DNA from: Geosiphon pyriformis uo1
Taxonomy: Eukaryota; Fungi; Glomeromycota
Assembly (NCBI GenBank): GCA_016748015.1
Contig: JAAOMT010000074.1
Span: forward strand, 62,001-126,000
Direction: 5' to 3'
Length of the DNA: 64,000 nucleotides
Shown: positions 28,566 through 42,377 of the stretch, piece after piece
Position numbering within the stretch: the stretch's first letter is position 1
Layout: each line of letters starts with the position of its first letter
The notes under the pieces: generated by a model
Database searches by the model: none
What the model saw: only the letters and a program-made list of their open reading frames with translations
What the model was told of the DNA's origin: nothing
Position numbers and translations under genes: made by a program

Positions 28566-28682
28566 AATTGATTATCAACGGCTGACCTAAGACGGGCAAT
28601 ACATGAGTCAAAAATTGAGCTACTTTTTTATTCCAAGTAAACTTTTTAATATTTCGTAACTTGAAACTTCTCTACAACCAGA

Positions 28683-29417
28683 ATGCGTATAGAAAAATGC
28701 TACTTTTGTTCTTCCACCGTATATCCCGGACATGGAACAATGTTTGTTCGGAACGATAGTAAGGTAGGGCTTTAAAACTTCAGAATCTCCAATACTTTAT
28801 TTTCAAAGCTCTCTTATAGTTTGCTTTTAATGTCGACTTTCCATCTTGAGACATTTCGTTTTTGCAGAAGCAAATGCCATATAGCATTCAAACAAAGGCG
28901 CAATCCACGGAAAGTAAAATGGACAAAAACTTTTCGTAAAGCCGCAGGAAAAGAAATGGCAATTGTAAGTCAGCTGAGTGTGATTAGGAGTTTATTCATT
29001 TGTCAGGGGTCTCTTGAAATTTTAGGAAAACTTAAATATCCCTTTTTCTTTCATTCATATTCAGGATACGACATTCGAGTTCGAAAAACGTCGTAATGTG
29101 CCAGTGCGTTACGATCGTGAACTTATGGCGACCACATTAAAAGCCATGCAACGGATTACACAGATTCGTGCAAAGAGAGATAGAGTGTTCTACAAGAACC
29201 GGTATTTAAGCTCCTCTTTAATACTTTATTGTTCATTTCCTAATGTACTTTTTTGCTTACCGATTACAGGATGGCTGGAAACAAAGAAAAAGAAAGGGCC
29301 GAATTTGTTACTGAAGTACAACGCAACATTGAACTCATCCAAGCCCCTAACGCAAAGGTCAAGGAGCGTGTGGCAAAGATGGTCGAGAGGACAAAGCAGC
29401 GTATGGAGGTTGATTAA
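28683..29417 (+). CDS. RLP24: Ribosome biogenesis protein Rlp24 (4 exons)
   Basis: [27 protein letters not shown]|[10 protein letters not shown]...[38 protein letters not shown]. Confidence 0.96.
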
Positions 29418-29816
29418 TCTTGACAGGGGTTTGATAGAATAATTATTAATTTGTAACAAATAGATGATAGGGCTAATCAGCTAACAAGTCAATCTAAGAT
29501 CTCAAATAAATTATACATACAAAGAAAAATACTTGATTTATCTTCTTTTGAAAATTTTGGTGCTCGTTCACCTCCTTTTTTATTATTAGTTGTATCTGTT
29601 GTAAATTGAATTTAAATTTACTCCTTTGAATATTATTATTATGCCCTCATCCATCCCTTCTAAGCTTATTGAACCCATGAAACGATCTATAATTTATACA
29701 TACTCGAATTACTACTTACGCTATTCAGGCTTTCTTGTAGTATTCTTAGAATTTGCATCGTGAAAATATAGCGCGGATGTTATTGTCCAAATCTGCATTT
29801 TTTAATCATTTGTTTG

Positions 29817-30806
29817 CTATAGCCCAAAAATTCCTGGCTCTCTGCTCACTCTTTCCAACTTGGCATTCCTCAGATGATATACCTTTCTAACTTCCCTGAA
29901 ATGTTTCAAAAACAAATCATTCTCCGATTCACCTTCTAAGAATGATGTAGCCATCTGCTCGGATACTTCGTCCGACAATTGCGTATCTGACTTCAGCTTG
30001 GATAAAAGAAGATCTGGAGAAAATCGCTTGAAGCAGTAATTAAGCCAGAGTTAAATTATAATATATACAGCCAAAGTATTGGAGGAAAGAGAGACGCAAA
30101 AATTTTCAGAATATATTACATGTAATACGTTTTGTTGAACTTTGAGCTTTTCATAAAATTCCTCGTGTAATATTTTAAAAGCCCGCTCTTGTTCTTGAAT
30201 GGACTGACGAAATCGAATTATTTCTTGCTCCCGCGCTAGTGTTTTCTCTTCAAATAAGCGCAATAGTAAATTGGAAAAACGTCAGACAAATCTTCTGCCC
30301 TGAAAATATCAATAACAGTCGAGAAATTAAAAACATCTCCAGCCGTACTTGCCAACGTCTCGTTCGCCATTCGCATCTCATCACGCAAGGCTCTCATATT
30401 CTTTACGCGGTCTAATTCCTCAAAAAATGATTCGAATAGAACATCATTATGTGCGAGATCATTCAATTCTTCTTTGCTGCTTTCAATTAATGAGAATTCC
30501 AGTATCAGGTCGACTTCTTTGTGAGTGAGAACAAAATGAGCAGCAATAACCTCTTTTCCAACAGTGTGGGAAATTGATCAGCTATTACAGCCTGCTTTGC
30601 GGGATTATTAACGAGCAAGGCAGAAAGGGTGCGATCTGGAAGTGGAGGAAGAGGGGGCGGTGGTCTGTTCTCATAGCTACCAAAGAAAACGTTTGGAATG
30701 AGTAACTAAAACAATAAAACACTAACTTGGAAAGCTCTGAAACAAGTCGGCCTTACGAAGGAATAAAATTTCTTTCTTCTTGAGTAGCGGGTGAAAGAGT
30801 GTCCAT
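29817..30806 (-). CDS. VPS37: ESCRT-I subunit Vps37 (Mod(r) domain), 5 exons
   Basis: Spliced product has a Pro-rich N-terminus, a coiled coil, and C-terminal SDEVSEQMATSFLEGE..FLKHFREVRKVYHLRNAKLE typical of the VPS37 C-terminal domain. Confidence 0.85.
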
Positions 30807-31018
30807 TGATAAAAAAAGTTTTAGGAGGGACGGGAAGACTTCGTGGCACGATATGTCCGTACCATAATGTGGCGGAATTCCTTTTGATTTAAGGGTGGCT
30901 TTGGTTTGACCCTATGACATCATTGACTTGATTCACATTATCTAGGGTCAAAAAACTTTATATCGAAATTCTGCGAACATTACAACTTTCTATTTTGTCT
31001 ATTTTCTTCAGGCTTAAA

Positions 31019-32942
31019 ATGAAATTGATTAAACGATACATTGAACGTGATTTCTCGGTATAGATTCCTGGCTTCTAATGAGATTTTAAATATTCGACAT
31101 TTTAACGTCTTTTTTTCTAGGGACATGTTGTACTATGTCCTGAGGAATTGGAAGACATGTGGCATGTGTATAACCTTATTTCTATAGGAGACCAACTTAA
31201 AGCAAAAACAATAAGGCATAGTTATTATTTTCATGCAATTGATTTTTTACTTGTCCTTTTATTCAAGTTAAAAATCTTTCTTAGGCGAGTCCAAAATATA
31301 AGTGCGACTGGTTCTGTAGAGTCCCAACGCCTAAGTTTAACTTTAACAATTACGGTGGAGAATGTTGATTTTGATGCCCAAGCAGGACTTCTAAGAATTA
31401 GAGGAAGAAATGTGGTGGAAAACAAGTATGTTAAGGTAAATTAGTGAAATAAAAAAACTACATTACATTATAACCAATTCATAAGTTATAGCGAACCTTG
31501 TATCTTTTTTTTGAACATTTTTTAAAGATGGGTATGTATCATACAATAGATCTTGAATTGAACCGAAATTTTACTCTCTACAAAGCCGATTGGGACATTA
31601 TCGCCCGTGAACGCGTCGAAGAAGCATGTGATATCACAAAAACTGCTGATATTGCTGCCGTTGTTTTGCAAGAAGGTATTTATAAATAAGCGTTCTTATG
31701 TTTTACTGTATAATTTTTTGCTTTAATATTGTTTGAAATATAGGATTAGCAAATGTATGCCTAATTACGCAACATATGACAATCGTTCGTCAAAGGATTG
31801 AGCATCCCATACCTCGAAAGCGCAAAGGTTCCGTGACGAATCACGAAAAGGTAAGTTCAAGAATGAATGAAAGGTATAATTAGTACAAATTCTTGCTTGA
31901 ATTTCTGATAAATTCTCTTAGCTTTTAGGGTCTTGAAAAATTTTACGATCAGGTAATGCAAGCTATATTAAGACATGTTAATTTTGATGTTGTCAAGGTG
32001 GCAATATTAGCGAGTCCAGGGTTTGTTAAGGTAAGGTATAATTAGGCAGGTAAGGAAATGATGACCAATTTTTTAGGGAGGAGTAATGATGAAATTAATT
32101 GTACTTTGAAATCTAGGATCAACTTTACGAATACGTGTTTGCCGAAGCTGTGGTACTTATATTTCCTTTCTGTTTATCCCTTTTAATGTTCGTCTGATCA
32201 GAATGTAATTAACCCTATTACTTTTATCTCAAAACACCTTTTTCATTTGGCTACAAGAAAACAGATAACAAAGCTTTCCTGGAAAATAAATCCAAATTTT
32301 TATTAATACATTCTTCTTCGGGACATAAACATTCACTTCAAGAAGTATTGCAAGATCCTGTCGTTCAAGCTCAGTTAGCCGATACTAAATATGCGAGAGA
32401 AATGATGACTCTTGATAAGTTTTTCAAAATGTTGAATGAAGACCCTGATAAAGCTTTCTATGGTTGGAATCACGTCAAGAAAGCAGGAGATTTAGGTGCA
32501 ATTGGAACATTAATGCTTAGTGACGAGCTTTTCAGGTAAGGTATTGTTGAAGCGCTTTAAACGTCAAAATTATACTAAGTTAAAAATAAATTAGGTCAGC
32601 TGATATTCCTACCCGTAAAAAATATATCAAATTGGTAAAATCTGTAAGAGATATGGGAGGGAAAGTGCTGATATTTTCTAGTTTACATGTGTCGGGTGAA
32701 AGTGAGTCATTTCTAAATTTTGTTCTATGAAAAGTCTGAACCAATTTATAATGATTCTTTACCCTAATCTGAGAGTGTATTTATGCTTTTGAAATCGAGA
32801 TCTCAATCAACTAACTGGCGTAGCAGCAATTTTGAATTTTCCTCTGCCGGATGTTGACGAGGAAGAAGAGGAAGAGGAAAGAAAACAAAATACTGAAACA
32901 GTACAGAATACTGAGATTGAAGCTTCATCATCATCATCCTAA
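31019..32942 (+). CDS. DOM34: Dom34/Pelota ribosome rescue factor (multi-exon)
   Basis: [80 protein letters not shown]. Confidence 0.97.
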
Positions 32943-33043
32943 GAATACTGTGGTGTATTGATTAAATATATATCTATAATTTACTTGAAAACACCGATGA
33001 ATTTCGAAAAGTTAAAAATAAGTATGGAACTTCTTGAGCTACA

Positions 33044-33599
33044 TTATTTTGAATTCTCAGAGTCTATTAAATCATTTTGTTGGTCTCGAAGCTTTATTCT
33101 GAGATTCATTAACAATACCCCGAGTCGATTGCGTCCCCTATCCTCCCCACCACCATCACCCCAATATGTATCGTTAGTGGTATGTTCAATTAGTTTCGCA
33201 TCACCAGTATCCAACAACATTTGTTTCAACCGTGTGTGTTGGGTGAATTTAGCGAATAAAGCTCTCATCATTACGTCCTCTTTTACTCGTTCCCAATCTT
33301 TACGAAGTGGCAGGTCACGTCTACGACCTTCTTTCGCTGCTGCACCGGGTGACCCGATATTTCGTATATATTCCACTATTTCGGGGTTAGAATTAAATTT
33401 TTGGGCTAATAGCCGAATTATGGGCGATTAGAATGTGATTATATTACATGAATCTGATTATGATGAGATTTTTACCTTGAAAGTAATGTTCGGTAGTGGG
33501 CCATTCTTGACCGTCAAGGTTTATCGGTGCCGGATAAAAATTACTAAATTCTCCATAAATATTTTTTTGACGATAGAATTTGATCTCTTCTCTTGGCAT
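33044..33599 (-). CDS. NADAR/YbiA-family N-glycosidase (2 exons)
   Basis: YGEFSNFYPAPI..WPTTEHYFQ|AQKF...DWERVK..M...KFTQH...LLDTGDAKLIEHT.ND.YWGDG...GRNRLGVLLM. Confidence 0.93.
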
Positions 33600-33842
33600 G
33601 ATTTTTAAAATTCGGTTTTATTTGAGAAGTAATTTAGAAATATTATGATAATTGTGGTTGGAAAATTTACGAGATTCTATGAAGAAAACATTATATCTGA
33701 TAAGCCAGATGAGTGCTTTTATATAAATAAAAATTGACTTATTCAGTGATTTGCTTGTGTTCTTTACCGGGAAAACGATAATTGTATGCGGTGTTAGGCT
33801 AAGCTTGTAACTTTGGCGAAGTTGCTAATAACCATGATAAAT

Positions 33843-33978
<136 letters not shown>

Positions 33979-34351
33979 GTTACAAAACAACGGAAAAAAA
34001 TTGATTTAATGCTACAGAAAATAGTCCAACATATTATGCTGTCATTAATAATAGTAAAAACTATCAAAATATTAAAGTAGAAATTTTGTAATTAAGTCGC
34101 ATCCATTATTTTGGTCTTTTGTGAGTAAACATTATTTTGGCAATGACTATTCAGTTTATTTATCTTGTTTTCACCATAGATTTTTTCTCTCTTTTATTGT
34201 TATAAAAAGATATAACTTACTCATTTTCTTTAATAAAAATAACTAATATATATGTCAATTTTAATATATTTATATTTATATTGAATAATCATAAATTACC
34301 AAAAATGTTTTTATACAGCAATAATAGATATCACTTTTAATTTACAGTTTA

Positions 34352-34384
<33 letters not shown>

Positions 34385-35182
34385 CATTTCATTAAGTTTA
34401 TTTAAGATTTTTTTCAAGTTAAAAGTTATTGTCACTAATTTACTTAAAAATACCAGTTTAGATTTTAAAAACTAATAAAATTAAAGTAAAATAATTAATA
34501 ATAATAAATTTTTTTATATGTATTATTTTTTATTTCAATAATAATTAAAAATTACATTTGATCATACATTAAACCAAAACGTGCATGTTATGTGCAAGAT
34601 CTTTTGGCATTGAATGCTAATCTAAATGCAATTAGGTCTAAATTGGTTAAGATTAGAAAGGTGTATCATGCATTTAAGCTTGCTGAATCTCAATGTGCTA
34701 AAGTTGTGAGAATTTGTGCTGTTATTACCAAAAAAATAGAGAGTTTTGAAATTAATAAAGACCACACTATTAGGAGTGTTTTAAAATGTTTTTTTTATAA
34801 AATAGTCTTGAATTATTTGGTGAATAGAAAGAACTTGGTTTTGAAATTTGATGAAATTAAGTTTTAAGTGAATTCAATCATAAAAAGTTGGATAAAAAAA
34901 CAAGTAGTAATAAAAAATATTCTAAACATTTAACATTAGCAATATTTGCTCTTACTTTATATGGCAAATAATATTTTTTCTAATATTATAAACAAAATTA
35001 ACTTTGATAAAATACTGAGTGTTATATTAAAGTTGTTAGATAAAAAAGTCTTTGACTTGTTTGGAATTTCTAATAAATTTAAAAACATTGTGATTCTTTG
35101 GTTTTAAGTCTTTTGCTGAATTTTTTTAATAGTTGTTTAATATATAAATCAGTTTTTTAGTCTTGAAAAAAAGTGTAAGTGT

Positions 35183-36042
35183 TGTTACTCATAGAATATA
35201 GAAAGTATATTAGTAAATAAATTAGCCAATCAGAGGTAGACATAGTAAATGTGGAATTCCAGAATTTCTCTCAGAAGAATTGCAGAATTCCAGAAATTTC
35301 AGAATTCTTATACAAAAAATTATAGGATTCCAGAATTCCAGAATTTCTCTCAAAGAAATTGCAAAATTCCAGAAATTCCAGGATTTCTGATGTAAAGAAT
35401 TGAAGAATTGAAGAATTTTGATTATGTATATATAGCAGTAGCATTAGAAGTAGAAAAAACAAATCTCTTAATTTAGATTTAATCTAAGCAACCTTTCATA
35501 TTACAAATATTAATAAATAATTATTTACTATCTCAAATCTACTCTTCATTATCAACACTCCATGTTAATAGTAATTAATACTTAACACATTAGAACAATA
35601 GCTCTTGATCACAGCTATTGACAAGATACTAACTTGCAAATTGTCTTGGCTTATTTTCTTTATTTTTTTATTTTTTTTATTTTTTTTCTTTATTCTGTTG
35701 TGTTTACTAATTGAGTAAGGATTAAGTGCTGAATTATTGACATTAAAGATAGCCTGATAAAAAACCATAAAGAAAGAGTATAGAATTGAGAATTTGAGGA
35801 TAGCTTACCAAAAAGACATCTCTGTTAGATTACTGGCCATTATGCTGAAAAAGAAATTTGATGGAATTGTGATTCCATGAGACTACTGAAACACTCTTGA
35901 ATCTCTGTTTATTATACAAAAAACTTCAATTAAAACCTTTAAACCACAAAAACCTTTAGAAACCAATGCCCATTTTTAGCTATTAAGCACCAAGTTATGG
36001 ATTTGTTATTTGCTTTAAGACCCCAAATAATTACTTGTAATA
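35183..36042 (+). repeat. Solo LTR, opposite orientation to element B
   Basis: TGTTAC...GTAATA (CA>TA), TSD GTGT/GTGT, reverse-complement homology to the LTRs of element B. Confidence 0.9.
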
Positions 36043-37391
36043 GTGTTAATAATTTTTAAACTATATAAATAAAAAACAGTTTTAATTAACACATGACTTA
36101 TTATACTAATTGAAACTGCTCAAAAGATCTTTTTTAAAGTATTATTAAATAGAATTTTTTTAGACTATAATAAACATGATATATTTTATAATAATAATTT
36201 TTTAGTTTTAAAGAGAATAATTACACAATTTTTAATCTTTATTACTAACTTAATAATAAAAGATACTCTAAAAAAAAATCATATATTTTTATTGGTTTTA
36301 TAAGATATGTAAAAAGCATATAATTTAATAAATTAGATATATTTAAGAAACAGTTTAATTTATATTAAAATATATGACAAATTTATTAGATTTTTTGGTA
36401 GTATTTATAATAATTGTGTTAATTAAATTATAATAAATTTTGGTTTAATAAACAAATATTGAATACATAATAGATTGAATCAAAATAAAGTGTTTTTTTT
36501 TTCTTTAGTGTATTTTCTATGATTTTTTTCTATACAAAGTCAAAAAACAAGAAAGTATATGTAAATATAGAATTGATTCCAAATTTGTATCTAAGACAGA
36601 ATATGTAAAAAACCAAACTGGTCTTATGTTATTTTTGGCTATTAGTGTATTTATCAATAATACTATTTGGATAAATAACAGTCAGACAAAAATTTAATGT
36701 ATTTTAAATATTATAAATGAGTTTTTTCAGATTAATAATATTTTGATTAATAATAATAAAATTGTGGCTATTCTAATTAATCACAAAATAACAGATTTTT
36801 TTTTGTTAATTAGTAATTTGCCAATTTTGATGGCTAAATAAGAGAAATTTTATAAATATTTGAATATTTTTCTTTTAACAAAAAGTTTATTTAAGACTAG
36901 TTTGACAAAAATTTATTTAAATATTAGATTTTTGCTAATAAAGTTTTAAGAAAAGCTATTTTTAATAAACAGTTTTTGTATTTGGTCTTAGCTGTGCTTT
37001 ATTTAATTATTAACTAAAAGATTTAATTTAGTTTTATTTTTAGTAAAGTATATAATAAATAGAATATTATAATTTGTAAAAGCTTAAAATTTAAGTTTTG
37101 TTTATTTTCAGATTTTTAAAATAATGCAATTTATTATTTATTATTATATAACTTAAAGACTTTTAAACAAGTGTAAACTAAAAGCAAATTGGCTTTTATG
37201 TTAAGTTTTTTTAATGCACATGATATTTTAGACTATCAATTTACTTATAAATTTCTTAACTTGTAAGTTTTGAGTTGTATTTTTTGTGTTATTTTGTTTA
37301 TTTTAAAATTAGCTTACTAAATAATTTTCTGAATAATATAGTTCAAATAATGATTATAATCTTTTTTTGGTCGATTTTTTGTATTTGGCAT

Positions 37392-38363
37392 TATTATAGA
37401 TGATTATTTAGATGTTGGTACTAATAATAAACTCATAACTTAATACTTAATAGGTGGATGATATTGGTAATATCTAAAAATTTTTATAATCTGAAGGTTT
37501 TTGTGATTTAAAAATTTTTGTAATTTGAAGATTTTGATTAAGCTCTTTATATAATAGACAAAAATTCAATAGTTGTTTCAGTAGTCTTTCAAAATAGTTA
37601 TTTTATCAAATTTTTTTTTTCAGTGTGGTGGCCAATTTATTCTGACAGTCATGTCTTTTTGGTAAACTATCTTCAATTTTCAAGTTTTTTACTTTTATTT
37701 TTGGGTCTTTTATCAAGTTATTCTTAATGTTAAAATACTCAATGCTTAATCCTTTTAATCAGTTAATAAATCAATAAAACAACAAAAAAAAATTAAGAAA
37801 TTAGTATTCCATTAATAGTTATGATTAAGAGCTATTGGTCTAATATAGTTAAGTATTAAATTCTATCAACATGGAGTGTTGATAGAATAGAAGTGTTTAA
37901 TATTTTTTTAATTAAATAATAATAATATGGATTCAAGTAGTAATTGATATTTTTATTGATATGTGATTTGATTCTATTTTAAGTTGTAGAAAACTACTTT
38001 TTAAAAAGAGGAGTATAAGATAATTAATGAGTTGTAAGTATTGATTCTAAACTAAATTTTATTTTTTCTGTTTTTAATACTCTTTTTATATATATATTTT
38101 TTGTTCTATAAAATTTTACATTTTCTTGAACAATATGCTCTAATTTATTAACATTGCTTATATTGCTGAGCAGTATGTCTTAATTACTGACATTGTTTAT
38201 ATTGTTAAGCAGTATGTTCTATTTTGCTAACATTGTATACATTGCTAAACAATATGTCATAGTTTTTTAATATTGTACTTATGTATTAAGTATTATTTTC
38301 TTATTGGTCTATTTTTTATCTGTTTTTTCGGCTTTTTTTTTTGGTATTTTTCTATAAGTAATA
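37392..38363 (-). repeat. Solo LTR, related subfamily with ~39-bp tandem repeats
   Basis: Homologous to element B LTR over most of its length, mutated termini (TATTA...GTAATA), TSD GCAT/GCAT. Confidence 0.85.
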
Positions 38364-38473
38364 GCATTTTAATTTCGAAATAAAACTTCAGTGTCAATTA
38401 TTTTAAATAAATTTATTTTTTTGAAATATTTTATTTACTTAAATAGTCAGTATTGTTTTTATTGAATACATAT

Positions 38474-39435
38474 TGTTACAAGTAATTACTTGGAGTTTCA
38501 AATTAAATAACAAACTCATAACTTAGTACTCAATAGTTATTATAATAGTAGTATTTGAAGGTTTTCATAATCTGAAGGTTTTGAGTTGGAGTTCTTTGTA
38601 TAATAGACAGAGATTTAATAGTTGTTTTATCAGTAATCTCTCAGAATTACAATTTCATCAAATTTTTTTTTTCAGCATGGTGGCCAGTTTATTTTGGCAG
38701 TTATGTTCTTTTAATAAGCTATCTTTAATTTCCAAATTTTTTACTTTTATTTTTGGGTCTTTTACCAGACTATCTTTGATATCAATAACTCAGCACTTAA
38801 TCCTTAATTAATTAGTAAACAATAAAAAAACAAAATACAAAAAAAAATCAAAGAAATAAAATATAGACCAAGACAATAAAATTAGTATCTTATTAATAAC
38901 TGTAATTAAGAACTATTGTTCCAGTATAATTAAGTATTGAATATTATCAACATAAAGTGTCAATAATAGAGAGTTAAATCAGATTTTTAATCAGGTAATA
39001 GTAATATATATGAAATAATAATAAATATGGTTTTATTTAATCTTTGATGATCTTTATTTTGGTTGATAGTAACTATCCTTGAAGTAATAAAGGAAAAATA
39101 GAAATAAGAATTTCTATTCTAAGTGAAAAATTGGTCTTTTTTCTTGCTTTTAATGCTACTACTATATATATATAATTCTCTTTACACAAGAAATCTTTTT
39201 TCTTTGCTAAATTTCCTACAAAATCTTTAATTTACTAAAACATTTAGAATTTTCTGAAAAATCCTTAACTTTTTTGAAATATCTTAGATTTCTTGAATAA
39301 TTCTGGATTTTTTGAAACATCCAAAATCTCCTGAAAAATTTTTTTTTCTCTTTTTTTTATTTTAATTAACTAATTTATAATCATGTGTTTTTTTTCTTTT
39401 CAATTATGTATTATTTTTTTTTTTTAAGTAAAACA
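38474..39435 (-). repeat. 3' LTR of element B
   Basis: TGTTACA...AAACA, direct repeat of 46733-47694. Confidence 0.93.
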
Positions 39436-40117
39436 TTATCTTCTTTTTTTTAATATTGAGCTTTGTCAAAATTTCCTAATATTCTTTTTTGTAATAATTT
39501 CATAACTTCTTTTTCTAAGATTATTTTTTCTATTTTTCCATGGAGTTTCTTAAACTGAATATTGGTTATTCTTCCTTATTGATTAACAGATAAGCTATTG
39601 ATTTTTGGTTGTAATAGTATCTTTGGATAGTTTTGAAAGATAGTGTATATTCTGTAGATAGTTTTAATATATATATCTGAATTAGATTTCTTTTTAATAA
39701 TGTTTTCTATGTTTTATATAATCTTTTGATTAAAAACTTTTTTGGTTTGATCCATATACAAATTTTGGATCATTAATTTTTGTCCCAAATGTCAATAGCA
39801 ATATAAAACTGGAAATTGTTCTATCTATTAATTCCAATTTTCTGTTGTTATTTTTCTTGGTTGGATAATAACAGCTGGTTTTTTGAGAGCACTTTTCACT
39901 TTTTCAACAATTTTGTCAATATTATTGCTACTTTTTTTGTGTGTTTATTGATATAATATAGTCTTTTTTCTTTCTTTTTTAGTGTTTTTATAGCAGATGG
40001 TTTGATAATTGATCATTATTTCTATGTTTATTTGTTGTTGATTTATGGCTTGGAATAATTGTTGTACTAGTTGGTGAATATGATCTGGAATTTCCATTTT
40101 TCTGTTGTTGTTATTAC

Positions 40118-40983
40118 TATTATTGATGATTATTTGGGGTCTCAAATCAAATAACAAACCCATAACTTGGTGCTTAATAGCTGATCTTATTGGTAATATC
40201 TAAAAGTTTTAGTTGTTTGAAGGTTTTGATTGAAGTCTTTTGTATAATGAACAGAAATTCAATAATTGTTTTTAATAGCCTTCTGGAATCACAATTTTGT
40301 TAAATTTTTTTCTTAGCATAATGGCCAGTAATCCTCTTGGGTAAGCTATTCTCAATTCTATGAATGTTTTACTCTTGTTTTACAGATCTTTTACCAGTCT
40401 CTTTGATGTCTGTAACTTAGTGCTTAATCTTAATTCAATTAGTAAACAACAATAACAGAAAAAATAAAAGAAAGAAAAAAAAATAAAGAAAATAAGCCAA
40501 GACAATAAAAAGTTAGTATCCTGTCAATAGCCATGATCAAGAGCTATTGTTCCAGTATAATTAAGTATTGGCAGCTATTAACATGAAGTGTTAATAGTTA
40601 GAGTTTGATAAATATTTCTCAATTTAATGATAACAACATGAATTGAATGTAGATAATTATTTTATTGATAATTTAATGATTTTACTTTAATAGATATAAA
40701 CTATTCTTGAAGTGATTAGGGAATAGATAGGAAAGAAAGTCCAAAACTAAGAGATTTGTTTTTTCTGCTTCTAATGCTACTGCTATATATACATATTTTT
40801 TTTTTATATAAGAAATTCTTTTTTTTTGCTAAATTTTCTGTAAAATTCTTGGATTTCCTGAAACATCCAGAATTTCCTGAAAAATTCTTTTTTTTTTCTT
40901 CTTCTATTTTAATTGGCTAATTTATAATCATGTGTTTTTTTCTTTTCTATTATGTATTATTTTTTTCTTTTTTAAATATAATA
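40118..40983 (-). repeat. Internal third LTR-like copy within element B
   Basis: Collinear homology to both element B LTRs. Sits at the junction where most of RNase H and integrase is missing. Confidence 0.85.
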
Positions 40984-42377
40984 ATGACTTTTAATGCTTG
41001 GCCTAATGTATTTGTGATAATAATAAATAGTTTATTGTGATCCAGATATATCAGCACTGGAGCTTGAATAAGCTTTTTTTTTTAATGTGTTGTATGTTTC
41101 TTATTGTTTTTTCTTCTACTTATATTTTACATTTTTTGCTTGGAGCTGGTAGAATAGTTGGGCCAATTTGAAAAAATTCTGGATGAAATAGCAATAGTAT
41201 CTAGTGAATTCTAAAAATATTCTTAATTCTGTAAGATTAGTTGGTACTGAAAAGTTTTTGATAATTTTAATCTTGTCTGAATCTGTTTTGATGCCATTTT
41301 TGCTTACAACATATCCCAAAAACTTGAGTTCAGTTTTTTCAAAGAAACATTTAGTGGCATTTAACTTTAATCCAGCTCTTCTTTATTTTTCAAATACTTG
41401 TTGGAGATTGTGTAAATAATCATTAAATGTCTTAAAAAACACATTGATATCATCCAAGTAAACAACTACTGATTTTCACAGTAGTTTTCTATAAACTATT
41501 TTTATTAGCTATTGAAATATGGCTGAAGTATTTATTAAGCCAAAAAACATGACTTCGAATTTGAAAATTTTTTCTCAAGTTGTAAAAGCTGTTTTCTTCT
41601 TATTTTCTGGCTTTATGACTACTTGTCAGTAACCACTGTCTAAGTTCAAAGTTGAGAACCATTTTTTTTCTCTAAAAGCATTGAAAAGTTCTTGGATCTT
41701 TGGAATTGAGTAGCTATTTTTTTTTGTTACTCCATTAAGTTTTTGGTAATTCATGTAAAACTGAATTTTTTCATTCTTTTTCCAAACCAATACAACTGGT
41801 AAAAACTATGGATTTATTGATGATTGAATTAATTTGTTGTCCAACATTTGGTTAATTTCTTGTCATATGATTTTGTGGCTTGCTGATAATACTCAATATG
41901 TTCATTGCTTAATTGGCATTATATCTTCTGTCTTGATTTGGTGTTAAATAATGTTAGTTTTACCAAATTCATTTTCACTGATAAAGATATTGGTGAAATT
42001 ATTGAGTAACATTTTGAGTTGCATTCTTTGTAATAGTTCTAAGTTTTCTAAATTCATTTGTTTTAATTGTTCTGATTAGAGCAAATAACATTTTTTTTTC
42101 CATATATTGTTTGGGATGTGATGTTTACATATCTACACAGTTGTGGAAAATCTGAGTGATTGATTCTCAACTTTGGTGTTTAAGTATCCAATAATGGTTT
42201 CTTTTGTTATTTTAATGGGATCTCCAGTTGTGTTATAGATAGAAACTTTGATGTAGTTGTTGTTTTTGGCAGATATATAAAGATTGATAAGCCCAATTTC
42301 TCCTAATTCACAGATGGTTGGTTCTCTTCAAAAATCTGTGTCTGGTCTTTTACTTTTCTTTCTAATACTAACATATA

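Noticed and set aside
32958-33431. 157-aa plus-strand ORF and other antisense ORFs over genes and LINEs
   Set aside because: Shadow frames of real opposite-strand coding sequence.
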